Shown here: positions 1-9,591 of the stretch, piece after piece
Numbering within the stretch: position 1 is the stretch's first letter
Layout of the letters: each line of letters begins with the position of its first letter
Translations under genes and position numbers: made by a program
Source of the DNA: an uncultured Bacilli bacterium
Lineage (GTDB): Bacteria; Bacillota_I; Bacilli_A; RF39; UBA660
Length of the DNA: 38,864 nucleotides
Assembly: GCA_947627385.1 (NCBI GenBank)
Contig: CANQVV010000001.1
Coordinates: 1 to 38,864, forward strand
Reading direction: 5' to 3'
The notes under the pieces: generated by a model
The model's input: the letters and a program-made list of their open reading frames with translations, nothing else
Databases searched by the model: none
What the model was told of the DNA's origin: nothing

Positions 1-28
1 GTAAATTATTATTGTTAATAACTTCCAT
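1..28 (-). CDS. 5' end of an unknown gene running out of the window (MEVINNNNL...)
   Basis: ATG at 28 on the minus strand, preceded by AGGAAGGA at 9 nt spacing and by a consensus promoter at 59-86. Confidence 0.55.
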
Positions 29-58
29 ATTATACAATCCTTCCTATTTTATAAGATA

Positions 59-86
59 ATTATATAATACCCCCCCCCAGTGTCAA
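59..86 (-). promoter_or_regulatory. sigma-A promoter with G9 tract in the spacer
   Basis: Minus strand reads TTGACA-CTGGGGGGGGGTATTA-TATAAT (16 nt spacer). Confidence 0.7.
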
Positions 87-199
87 GATTTCATTTTTAT
101 TTTGTGGAAAATTTATGTGTAATACATTTCTACAAAGATAATCATTGCTTTGATTCTCAGGTTGAAGTTGTTAATGATTTTAAAATCATTAACAACTCG

Positions 200-391
200 C
201 ACCCCGAAGAAGACTATGATGATTTATCTTTCGATGATTTTAAAACTATTTTAATGAAAAAGGATATTGAAATTGCTTGATTAAAAAAAGGTTATCTTGT
301 GAAAGAAGGTGGTATGGGAAAAAAGGTATTCGTTACTTTCTTCAAAAAGAATACGAAGTAATTTTTGATTTATCTTCTAAGTATTCTATTA
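200..391 (+). pseudogene. IS3-family transposase remnant (end of orfA, start of orfB)
   Basis: Reads ...KKDIEIA*LKKGYLVKEGGMGKKVFVT, where TGA is probably a mutated CGA in EIARLKKGY. An A7G slippery run lies at 283-290, and another frame gives KEYEVIFDLSSKYSI, resembling an orfB start. Boundaries are approximate. Confidence 0.5.
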
Positions 392-879
392 ATCCTTAAA
401 AATGAGAATGATTTATCCAATATTAAAGAATATTCTAATCATTTTAAAAAAGAAATATCTCAAAAGGAAATTGTTACTTTTCTTATTAATACCAACATAA
501 CTTTAAAAGCCACTTATGAATGTTATCAAGGGATTATTAATTCTTTAAAATATAAAGATTTTAATAAATTTCTTAATATCATTAATCATCCAAATTATCT
601 TATTTCTGACAAAATGAAGCGTGCTTTAATCCTTTATAAAGAAAATTTAAGTATATTAAAAACTCTTTTGAATATGACATTAACAATGGAGTTATTGAAG
701 GAACTAACAATTTAATCAAATGTATTAAACGAATTGCTTTTGGTTATAAAAGATTTGATCATTTTATTGCTAGAATTTTCTTAATTAAAGGCATTATAAA
801 AGAATGATTTCCATCATTCTTCTACTATTCAATTCTTGTATCAAATTTACTGTTCACCAACACTATTTGACAAAGAACC
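392..879 (+). mobile_element. ISL3-family remnant: frameshifted 3' part of the transposase plus right inverted repeat
   Basis: After a frameshift near 650 the frame reads YIKNSFEYDINNGVIEGTNNLIKCIKRIAFGYKRFDHFIARIFL, the ISL3 C-terminal signature, with a stop at 805-807. 855-879 is the reverse complement of GGTTCTTTGTCAAATAGTGTTGGTG, an ISL3-type terminus. Confidence 0.85.
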
Positions 880-882
880 TTC

Positions 883-3090
883 TTATTCTTCCTTATTTTG
901 ATTATTTTCATTTACATCATCAGGAATAACTGCATCACTTTCAATTTTATCTACTGCTTTATGTTCTTCTTCATATTTTTGATATTCTTGACCTAGATAG
1001 TTGAAATAATCACTTTTAATTGCTTTACTACTCATATCTATTTTTAAGCCTATTTCATTATTTATTTGTTGAATTTCCTCAGTAGTATATGTTTCCGTAC
1101 CATAATATTTAATTTTACTAGTTGAAGCATTATAGAATGCTTTTTCATTTTTCCAAGAACCATCAGCAAATACTACTCTGGAAACATAATCTTCACTTAA
1201 TAAATCAGTTCCCATATATAATCTTGGATCATAATCAAGTCCCATTAAATTAGCCAAGGTTGGTACCAAATTAATATATGAATTATATTCAGTAAATGTT
1301 TTAGGAGTCATTGTTGAATTATAAATAACAAACGGCGTTCTTTCAATTTCATAATCTGATAAATCATGTTTAATCATTTCTGCTACTGATGATTTTGATA
1401 GACCATATGGATAATGATCACCAGTCATAACAATAACTGTATTATCAAGTTCTCCTGCTTCTTCTAATTTATTTAACATAATACCAATAGCATTATCAAC
1501 TACTTTTAATTTAGATAAATATCTACTAACTGCGGCTGAATATCCTTGGGCCATAAAATCTTTTTTATATAATTCACCATATGTTGAATTATTAGTATAT
1601 GGTTGATGACTAGTTACGGTGGTAAGCCATGTCATCCAAGGTTTTTCACTATCATCATTTAAAACAATATCCATTGCCTTGGTAAAGAATTCTTCATCAC
1701 TTGGCCATTCACCATAATAACTAGCAGTTTTAATACCTAAATCATCAGCTCCATAATATCTTTGACTTCCCATATTAGGATGGAATGTTTTTCTTTTATA
1801 ATACCATTGAACAAAATCATGCATACTTGTAGTAGTATAACCTTTATTATTAAATAAATTAAAGATAGCTTCAAAATAAATATTATTTCGATAAACATTT
1901 GTTGTACAAGTATTGTATATTGAATATAAACCAGTCATAGCACTAAATTCATTATTACCAGTCGCACAGCTATTTCTTGGTGAATAATTATTTTCCCAAT
2001 GCCATCCCTCATTATATAATTTAGTAAAGTTTGGAAAATTTACTTCATCAATAATTGCTTCATTAACTGATTCCATTAATATTACTATTACATTTTTTCC
2101 AGCAAACATACCAGTATATTCATTGTAATCTGTTACTTGTTGGGCTGCAAAATATTTATTTAAATTAGCGTATTTAAAACTAACAGTCTCATCATTAGCA
2201 AGTTCTTCTAAAACAGATGAAACTTCTCTTGTTACAGGTTTACTTGCCTCACCACCAACTTGATGATCATAAACATTTTCTATCTCTTCTGGAATAATAA
2301 AACTTTTTAAATCTAAAATACCAAACATTGCTGTACCAAATTGATTAACTGCTACGGTTGGAACATCTGGTGAAATAAATAAATGCACATTACTTTTAAT
2401 TTGAAATTTATTTTGCATAAAAGGTAAAACTAATGTTAAATAATAACATAGTACAGCAACTAAAATTGGCAAAATCCATAATAAACATTTTTTATTAAAT
2501 TTAATTTTATGATATTCTCTTTTTCTTTCAATAATTAAATAATCTACTATGGCCCAAATAAATGGTAAAAAAATAACATAATATAAAAGTTTAAAAGAAT
2601 TTAAATAATCACCAATATAATCTTTAACCGCTCCAAATTGACTAGATGTATTAAATGACATATATACACCTAAATAATTAATAAAGCCTAGTTGTAACCA
2701 AGTATAAAAAGAATATATAAAGATATAAAGTAATATTATAGTATTTCTTAACCATTTATGTTTTGTTAAACTAGCTATAAAAGTAACAACAAATGCTAAT
2801 AAAAAAGTACTTATTAAAATTCTTAATGTAGAATAATCAACAATTGCAAATTCACTAATAGCTTTAAAAATAATTTCTATTAAAAAAGTTGTAATTGTAA
2901 CATAAATTAAATTCTTTAAAAAAGTATCCTTAAAAATACTTTTCTTCTCTTCATTTTCTACTTTTTCTATTTTTTTATTTTCTACTTGTTTTGTTGTTTT
3001 CTCTTTTGTATTTTTTACTTGTTCTGTTTTTTTATCTTTTGGATTATTTTCTTTTTTTATTTTTTGTGTATTTGCTTTCTTTTTAGGCAT
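883..3090 (-). CDS. LTA synthase family protein (membrane-anchored sulfatase/phosphoglycerol transferase fold)
   Basis: Five N-terminal TM segments, then NVIVILMES, catalytic Thr in CATGNNEF, TSHQPY and GDHYPYG. Confidence 0.85.
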   Translation of the reverse strand: MPKKKANTQKIKKENNPKDKKTEQVKNTKEKTTKQVENKKIEKVENEEKKSIFKDTFLKNLIYVTITTFLIEIIFKAISEFAIVDYSTLRILISTFLLAFVVTFIASLTKHKWLRNTIILLYIFIYSFYTWLQLGFINYLGVYMSFNTSSQFGAVKDYIGDYLNSFKLLYYVIFLPFIWAIVDYLIIERKREYHKIKFNKKCLLWILPILVAVLCYYLTLVLPFMQNKFQIKSNVHLFISPDVPTVAVNQFGTAMFGILDLKSFIIPEEIENVYDHQVGGEASKPVTREVSSVLEELANDETVSFKYANLNKYFAAQQVTDYNEYTGMFAGKNVIVILMESVNEAIIDEVNFPNFTKLYNEGWHWENNYSPRNSCATGNNEFSAMTGLYSIYNTCTTNVYRNNIYFEAIFNLFNNKGYTTTSMHDFVQWYYKRKTFHPNMGSQRYYGADDLGIKTASYYGEWPSDEEFFTKAMDIVLNDDSEKPWMTWLTTVTSHQPYTNNSTYGELYKKDFMAQGYSAAVSRYLSKLKVVDNAIGIMLNKLEEAGELDNTVIVMTGDHYPYGLSKSSVAEMIKHDLSDYEIERTPFVIYNSTMTPKTFTEYNSYINLVPTLANLMGLDYDPRLYMGTDLLSEDYVSRVVFADGSWKNEKAFYNASTSKIKYYGTETYTTEEIQQINNEIGLKIDMSSKAIKSDYFNYLGQEYQKYEEEHKAVDKIESDAVIPDDVNENNQNKEE

Positions 3091-3709
3091 TTTTACTACT
3101 CTCCTTTAACAAATCCCTAACCGGTTTATACGTTTTGCGGTACTCTTTAATAATACCATATTTTCGCATTAATTCAAGATGTTTCTTAGTCGGATATCCT
3201 TTGTGTTTAGCAAATTCATATTCAGGATATAGTTTATCTAATTCTACCATTAATCTATCTCTGGTAACCTTAGCAATAACTGATGCGGCAGCAATACTTT
3301 CACTTAAAGCATCACCATGAATAATTGGCAAAGCTGTAACTTCTCGATTTAATTTCATCGCATCAGTTAATATATAATCCGGTTTTATCTCTAAATTATC
3401 AAGAGCAATATTCATTGCTTTTCTTGATGCCTCTAAAATATTAATTTTATCTATTTCTTCATTATCAACAATACCTATGCCAACACTTAATGCATCACGC
3501 ATAATAATATCATAAAACAAATTTCTTTTTTTAGGACTTAATTGTTTGGAATCATTTAAGCCTTCTAATATATAATTTTCAGGTAAAATAACTGCGGCAG
3601 CTACAACCGGACCTACTAATGGTCCCCTTCCTGCTTCATCTGTCCCCGCAATAAATTTATAACCTTGATTATATAATTCTTTTTCGTATTTCAATAAATC
3701 TACTGCCAT
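3083..3709 (-). CDS. rnhB: Ribonuclease HII
   Basis: GTDEAGRGPLVGPVVAAAV, LNDSK and SIAAASVIAKVTRD motifs; follows rbgA. Confidence 0.97.
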   Translation of the reverse strand: MAVDLLKYEKELYNQGYKFIAGTDEAGRGPLVGPVVAAAVILPENYILEGLNDSKQLSPKKRNLFYDIIMRDALSVGIGIVDNEEIDKINILEASRKAMNIALDNLEIKPDYILTDAMKLNREVTALPIIHGDALSESIAAASVIAKVTRDRLMVELDKLYPEYEFAKHKGYPTKKHLELMRKYGIIKEYRKTYKPVRDLLKESSKNA

Positions 3710-4551
3710 ATATCTAATGTGACTCCTTTAATTTTTTCCCCCACTAAATCATTATATACTTTTAAACTAACTTTGTCATATAAAATTTCATTATTTTTAA
3801 AGGCCCCGATATTTTTACCAATAATTTCATACATTTCCATAATATCACTACTATTAATATTATATTTTTCTTTCAATATTTCGGGATAATAAGTAGCTAA
3901 AAAATTTAATATATAAGAACTTATTTCATCCATATTTAAAATTTCTTGTTTTATTCCTCCGGTTGCAGCAATATTTAATGCTACTTTTTCTTCATCAAGT
4001 TTAGGCCATAAAATACCAGGAGTATCTAAAAGAGTAATACCCACATCAGTTTTTAAATAATTCAAATTTTTAGTAACACCAGGTCTATTTTCTACATTAA
4101 CAGTCTTTTTACCAGTAATTTTATTAATTAAAGTACTTTTGCCAACATTAGGAATACCAATAACTAAGGCTCTTATTTCTTTATTATTTAAACCTTTTTC
4201 TTGTCTTTTAGTTTGAATATTTTTAGTAATTTGATGAGTTAAATCAATTATTTTTTTATAATCTTTATTTTCTTTTAAATCTACAAGAATAACATTATAA
4301 CCTTTTTCTTCATAATACTTTACCCATTTATTTGTCATATTTATATCACATAAATCTTTTTTAGTCATAATTAAAATTCTTTGTTTATTTTTTATTATAT
4401 TATCTATATCTTTTATTTTACTTGAATAAGGTATTCTAGCATCAATTACTTCATAAACAATATCTATATTTTTAATTTCATCTATAATCAATCTTTTTGT
4501 TTTGGCCATATGACCTGGATACCAATTGATATTTGTTTTATTATCATTCAT
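3700..4551 (-). CDS. rbgA: Ribosome biogenesis GTPase A (YlqF)
   Basis: INWYPGHMAK, DARIPYSS, GIPNVGKST and LLDTPGILWP motifs; start placed at MNDNK after GGTG. Confidence 0.96.
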   Translation of the reverse strand: MNDNKTNINWYPGHMAKTKRLIIDEIKNIDIVYEVIDARIPYSSKIKDIDNIIKNKQRILIMTKKDLCDINMTNKWVKYYEEKGYNVILVDLKENKDYKKIIDLTHQITKNIQTKRQEKGLNNKEIRALVIGIPNVGKSTLINKITGKKTVNVENRPGVTKNLNYLKTDVGITLLDTPGILWPKLDEEKVALNIAATGGIKQEILNMDEISSYILNFLATYYPEILKEKYNINSSDIMEMYEIIGKNIGAFKNNEILYDKVSLKVYNDLVGEKIKGVTLDIWQ

Positions 4552-4675
4552 TATTATCACCACTGCTTTTACTTTCTTCTATTAACAAATCAAACTTTTT
4601 CTATTTCATTCTAATTAAACTAATTCCATTTTGGAATAAAAAGAGTTTTTATTTTTTAAATTTCTATTAAAAATT

Positions 4676-5650
4676 TTAATTTTGCATTTTTATTTGTTGA
4701 CCTTCTACTAAATTATAACTTATTAATTTTTCACTATCTAAATTTTCTTTATGCATATCAACACCAGTTATTTGGCTATTTTCATAAGTAGTATAATAAT
4801 ATATTCCTTTATCCATATTACAACAAGAACTATAAATAGTTATTTCATATTTGTCTTCACCCATATGTACACATCCTCTTTGTTGTTCAACCGATGTTAA
4901 AATATGGTAAAATTGACTAATACTTTCGGATTCACTAACACCTGATAAGGAATTCATTTTAGTAAATGTTGCTTTCACAAATCTTGAAGCCGATGATAAA
5001 TCACCTGGTAAACCTAAGGCACCCATGCCACGACTATAAATATCAAAATTTAATTTCTTAGAAAAATTATTTTGCGGTGGTTCAATAGATAAATTCATAT
5101 AATTATTTAAATTAAACATATGCATATCAAACGTAGGATTATTAGTTAAAACACCCACCGGATTATCATAAATTTTTAACCCATCTTTAACACTTTCAAC
5201 AGTAATTGAATTATTTTTATCCGCTATTATCCAATGAAGGGGTGAAGCTGGTAATTCATCACTAAAATTAATATTGGCAATATTTATTTTATTAAGTAAC
5301 AATTTAGCTTCATCAATTGTAGCACATTGTGATAATATCCAAGGAATAAACTCAAAAGGAGCTATATTATCTTTATCTTTTTTATCTTCATGATAAAAAG
5401 CATTATTGGGAAAATTTAATCCGGCCATACCAAGACCTTTTTCATTGATTGCATCATAATATAAAGGATAATCACTAGCTACATAAGCCATCCCAATAAT
5501 AGCATAATGTTTCTCAACTGTCTTTACTTCTCTAAATTTAAAGGGATAATTCCTTGGTGTTATAGTCACCGTTTCCATATAAGAATATTCTAAATCCAAA
5601 TTTCTACCAAAATAATGATCTTTTGTTTTATAAGTTATTGCTGTACACAT
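4676..5650 (-). CDS. bsh: Choloylglycine hydrolase (bile salt hydrolase)
   Basis: Ntn-hydrolase N-terminus MCTAITY...FGRNLD with nucleophile Cys2, plus NEKGLG, VLTNNP and GLPGDLSSASRF. RBS AGGAAGG precedes the ATG at 5650. Confidence 0.9.
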   Translation of the reverse strand: MCTAITYKTKDHYFGRNLDLEYSYMETVTITPRNYPFKFREVKTVEKHYAIIGMAYVASDYPLYYDAINEKGLGMAGLNFPNNAFYHEDKKDKDNIAPFEFIPWILSQCATIDEAKLLLNKINIANINFSDELPASPLHWIIADKNNSITVESVKDGLKIYDNPVGVLTNNPTFDMHMFNLNNYMNLSIEPPQNNFSKKLNFDIYSRGMGALGLPGDLSSASRFVKATFTKMNSLSGVSESESISQFYHILTSVEQQRGCVHMGEDKYEITIYSSCCNMDKGIYYYTTYENSQITGVDMHKENLDSEKLISYNLVEGQQIKMQN

Positions 5651-5701
5651 GATAAATACCTTCCTTTCGTACATTTAAACTTTTTATGACATATATAAAA
5701 T

Positions 5702-5710
5702 ATTATAACA
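5702..5710 (-). promoter_or_regulatory. Extended -10 promoter for bsh
   Basis: TGTTATAAT on the minus strand, about 50 nt upstream of the bsh start. Confidence 0.5.
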
Positions 5711-5756
5711 TATTTTAAAATTAATTTAACGAAATAAAAAAATAGGAAAACCCTAT

Positions 5757-6242
5757 TTATTTAACATTACCAAATTTTTTAAATGGATATAATATAAAAC
5801 TAGTTGTTCCTTCAATTTTATTTTTTTTAACAGGACCTAATAGACGACTATCAAGAGAAATTTCTCGATTATCTCCCATTAAAAAATATTCATTTTTACC
5901 AAGTTTTATCTTCTCAAAATCTTTGGTAATACCATAAGCATAAGGATCTGAAACAACTTCATCATTAATATATAATTTATTAGATTTATATTCAATTGTT
6001 TCACCCGGCATACCAATAACTCTTTTGATTAAATTATCACCTTCAAAACTTTTGTCAACCACCACAATATCAAATCTTTTATAATCTTGATCAAATTTCT
6101 TTAAAATCATTACTTCGTGACCATCAAGAGTTGGAACCATACTACTTCCTTCTACTACAATGGGAGTAATCAAAAAAGATCTGATACAAATAATAACGAT
6201 AATAATAACCACATAGGGAATTAATTCTTTAATTATTTTCAT
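5757..6242 (-). CDS. lepB: Signal peptidase I
   Basis: N-terminal TM, VEGSSMVPTL (Ser), LIKRVIG (Lys) and GDNREISLDSR motifs; follows rplS. Confidence 0.95.
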   Translation of the reverse strand: MKIIKELIPYVVIIIVIICIRSFLITPIVVEGSSMVPTLDGHEVMILKKFDQDYKRFDIVVVDKSFEGDNLIKRVIGMPGETIEYKSNKLYINDEVVSDPYAYGITKDFEKIKLGKNEYFLMGDNREISLDSRLLGPVKKNKIEGTTSFILYPFKKFGNVK

Positions 6243-6283
6243 TTTTATTCTCCTTTAAAAGAAAAGAAATTAAGGTTAATACC

Positions 6284-6625
6284 TTAATTTCTTTCTTTAA
6301 CCTTATAACCTTTACGCATTCCTTTAATAAAGTTAAGTTTAGCTCTTCTAACCATTCCTTTTTTAACAACAGTTATTTTGTCAATAGTTGGAGCATTAAC
6401 AGGAAATACTCTGGTAACCCCAACACCACTTGAAGTTTTACGTACTGAGAAAGTTTCAGAAACACTACCACCTTTTTTAGCTACTACTAATCCTTCAAAG
6501 GCTTGGATTCTTTCTTTCTTACCTTCTTTTACCCAAACATCAACACGAACTGTGTCTCCTACACGAAATTCAGGAATGTCTTTGCGTATATGACGGTCAT
6601 TAATTTTATCAACTAAATTAGCCAT
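6284..6625 (-). CDS. rplS: 50S ribosomal protein L19
   Basis: PEFRVGDTVRV, ERIQAFEG, ETFSVRK and VRRAKL motifs; RBS AGGAG precedes MANLVD. Confidence 0.97.
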   Translation of the reverse strand: MANLVDKINDRHIRKDIPEFRVGDTVRVDVWVKEGKKERIQAFEGLVVAKKGGSVSETFSVRKTSSGVGVTRVFPVNAPTIDKITVVKKGMVRRAKLNFIKGMRKGYKVKERN

Positions 6626-6660
6626 CTTTTTATACACTCCTTTCTAAATAAAATTATCTT

Positions 6661-6704
6661 CTGTAATCATTAATAAATAATTTTAACATTAAGCGGATTA
6701 CATG
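6661..6704 (-). ncRNA. L19 leader (ribosomal protein autoregulatory element)
   Basis: In the rplS 5' UTR, stem TGTAATC...GATTACA encloses CCGCT next to the 5' arm, as in Firmicutes L19 leaders. Confidence 0.6.
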
Positions 6705-6723
6705 CCTTTTGGGCTTACTAGTA

Positions 6724-6752
6724 ATTATAGCATATTTAAAAACATTTAGCAA
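6724..6752 (-). promoter_or_regulatory. sigma-A promoter of the rplS-lepB operon
   Basis: TTGCTA-17-TATAAT with extended TG (TGCTATAAT). Confidence 0.7.
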
Positions 6753-6757
6753 TATTT

Positions 6758-7630
6758 TTAGCCTGTAAATATTTGTGTCCAATAAATTCCATATTTTGTT
6801 CCATCTAGTTTCACCATACCAACCCCAATTTTATTAAAATCAGTATTAATCATATTTTGATAATGACCATCGGATTTTTGCCACCCATCAGTAACGGCCT
6901 TGGGTGTACTATAACCACTGGCAATATTTTCACCCATAGTTTGTCCTTTATATCCTAATTCCGAAAGAACGGTATAAAAGCTTTTATTTCCCGGCCTTAT
7001 ATGACTAGTATTATTTGTATATGCCATTTCTAAACTTCTAATTGTAGCAGCAATACACAAATCATAATCTAAGGCAATAGTAGAGATATTAAGTTCTAAT
7101 CGATACATATTAACATAATTAAGTACTTCATTATATTGATTCCAATTAGTTGCCACTAAATCTATGGCTTCTTCTTTTAAAATAGTAGTATTAGCATTAT
7201 ACAAACTTGTATCCATTTTATTATATATAGTTTTTAACTTCTTTACAAAACTCCCATCATTATTATAGGTAACTTCATAACTTTTAACTTCTAAAAATTT
7301 AACACCGTATTTTTCCTTTATAACTGTACTTTCTTCAACTATTTCTGGATTTTCATTATCTTTTTTATTAGATTCATTTTTGATAATATTATTATTTGAA
7401 CCATCATTATTTTCAATTATAGAAGTTTTTTCTTGCTTATATAATTTTTCTTTTGGATTATTATCAACTATTTTAGTATCAAAATCATTAACAACCTTTA
7501 CTTTTACTTTCTTTTTTATTTCTTTTACTTTAACATTATTATTGCTAGCAAAAACTATTTTACCTACTTTAAAAGATATGCTAAATGTGAGTAATAAAAT
7601 ACCCATAATTAAAATAATTTTTCTTTTCAT
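6758..7630 (-). CDS. Secreted CAP (SCP) domain protein
   Basis: Signal-like N-terminus MKRKIILIMG; C-terminal CAP motifs AATIRSLEM, SHIRP, GENIASG, W...GHYQNM and KIGVG. Start at 7630 after GGGGG. Confidence 0.85.
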   Translation of the reverse strand: MKRKIILIMGILLLTFSISFKVGKIVFASNNNVKVKEIKKKVKVKVVNDFDTKIVDNNPKEKLYKQEKTSIIENNDGSNNNIIKNESNKKDNENPEIVEESTVIKEKYGVKFLEVKSYEVTYNNDGSFVKKLKTIYNKMDTSLYNANTTILKEEAIDLVATNWNQYNEVLNYVNMYRLELNISTIALDYDLCIAATIRSLEMAYTNNTSHIRPGNKSFYTVLSELGYKGQTMGENIASGYSTPKAVTDGWQKSDGHYQNMINTDFNKIGVGMVKLDGTKYGIYWTQIFTG

Positions 7631-7639
7631 ATCTACCCC

Positions 7640-9196
7640 CATCATTAATTTGATTTCTATTTCTAACTGGTAATTTTGGAGTGGTATTAGCATCTTCAGG
7701 AGTTAATTGAGATATTTCATTAGGATTTAATACTCTATTACTATTTTTTATTGCTTCGGATACTGTAGGCATATTTACTTTATTTATATCTTTTGACGTT
7801 GGAATTTTAATATTATTCATATTAGTTCTAGTGCCAGTTGGTTTATAATGTTTATCTAAATATTCTTGCCATTTACCTGTATTTTGTGAATATTTATTGC
7901 TTACCTTAGCATATTGGCCTTGTGTAGGGTCTATCCATGCAATATCAGTTAAGTTTACTTCTTTTGAATATACTTTGCCTGTTCCTGAATAGCTTTCAGC
8001 TTCCATTTTAGATGGAGAAACAAATATACCTTGTTCTATTGGATAAGAACTATATACCATTATTTTTCCACTATTTAATGCATCTTTTACCATATCAGCG
8101 TCATAATCAGGATCAAAACCGGTTTCTTCCCATCCTTCCCAATCATTATCTTGTAAAGTTTCTTCAAAAGTTTTTACATCATCAATTTTTCTTATCCAAG
8201 TGTGAAGTTCATCATTAGCAGGATTACTATTTAATATTATATCTAATTGTTTTGCTTTAATGATGTATTATTTTGGCTATTTTGCATAGAATATTTAGTA
8301 GGCAATTTGACATTTTCTTTTGAATTTGTTATATTATTGTCATTAAAAGACACAGAACTGTCAGTTATGGGTTTAGATTTATTATCTACGACCTTCTGAC
8401 CTGTGTCTTTTATTTTGTCCAAATCATAAAAATATTCTTTCCCATTTTTATCAATTCTAGTAATACTATCTGCAGTATATATATTAATATAGCCGTTATT
8501 GTCTGGTATTCCTATTTTTACATCGTAGTGGTTAAAACCACCCGTTGTATCTAAATTACTATGTTTTTTATTAGAACCATCTTTATTGTATAACACATCT
8601 GGTTGATGTTTTTTGTTAGTCATAGTTTCAATTATGTCATTCATTATAGTTACAGCAGGTGCTTTAACTTCAACATAATTATTTTGCCTTTTACCAGGAT
8701 AAGCATATTTTCTTCCTTGGTCTGTTGTAATATGATTAATTTCTAATCCTTTAAAATTATTATTAAAATAATCTTTGATATTTTTTTGAATATTTTCTTT
8801 GGAATTAGTCATATAATTTATGCCATCATATTGAGCTATAGTTCCAATATTTTCATAGTATTGTTTAGAAAATTTTAAATTGCTAATATTTTCATTAATA
8901 TTATTTCTATAAGCTGTTTCCCATTTGTTCTTTAAATCCCTAATAAATAATGATTCATGTGAATTCCCAGTTATTTTATTAGCTAGTGATATTATAGAGT
9001 TATATATTCTTTTAAATACACTAGGTTTTTTTAGTGATAAATTATTAATAAATTCTTGATTACCAAATAATTGACCGGAAATATCGGCTAATACTTCACT
9101 TGATACATCATCAGTTCCATAAGTTGCTTTTAAGTCATTTAATGCTTGATTAAAATCATCATGTTGGCTTGCGTAATCTAAAACTAATTCTTTCAT
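7640..9196 (-). pseudogene. Frameshifted internal fragment of a phage/MGE large polyvalent protein
   Basis: ORFs 8243..9196 and 7581..8093 join through a single-base loss near 8250, restoring KQKQLDIILNSNPANDELHTWIRKIDDVKTFEE...DPDYDADMVKDAL. Motifs EVLADISGQLF..FKRIY, RIDKNGKEYFYDL and VYSSYPIEQGIFVSPS resemble polyvalent-protein domains. No RBS at the ATG. Confidence 0.7.
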
Positions 9197-9225
9197 TTCT
9201 TGTCAATCGTAATTTTAAGATAAAA

Positions 9226-9591
9226 TTATCTTCTTTTATTTTTCTTAGGAATAATTAATTTTTGCTCTAATAAAACTAGCATTTTTATATATTTTTGCAA
9301 GATATTTTTAGGTAAAAAATAATAATATTTATTAATTAATAATTCTTTTAATTCATTAATTTTCATAAGAGCAAGATTACCATCAGATTCTGTACTATCA
9401 TCACTAGTATTAACATCAATAACAAGCATTAATAGATCACGATATTTACGATTAAAATTTTTATCAATTACACTAGCAATTAACTCTTTATCATATAAAG
9501 TTATTTTATGATTTTTTTTATTAAAACTAAACCCCTTAGGCAAATTTAATTCAACTATTTTAAAATCATAATTTACATGCTTAGTCTTCAT
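9226..9591 (-). CDS. Hypothetical protein, translationally coupled to trmD
   Basis: 121-aa ORF overlapping the trmD stop, with GGAG upstream. Confidence 0.7.
   Translation of the reverse strand: MKTKHVNYDFKIVELNLPKGFSFNKKNHKITLYDKELIASVIDKNFNRKYRDLLMLVIDVNTSDDSTESDGNLALMKINELKELLINKYYYFLPKNILQKYIKMLVLLEQKLIIPKKNKRR

Noticed and set aside
80-715. ORFs 80..280 and 365..715 as independent genes
   Set aside because: They are better explained as broken IS3 and ISL3 transposase pieces.
2930-3090. T-rich low-complexity quasi-repeats
   Set aside because: They encode the Lys/Glu-rich cytoplasmic N-terminus of the LTA-synthase-family protein.
7581-9196. Intact prophage
   Set aside because: No integrase, structural, packaging or lysis genes and no att repeats were seen; there is only a single gene fragment.
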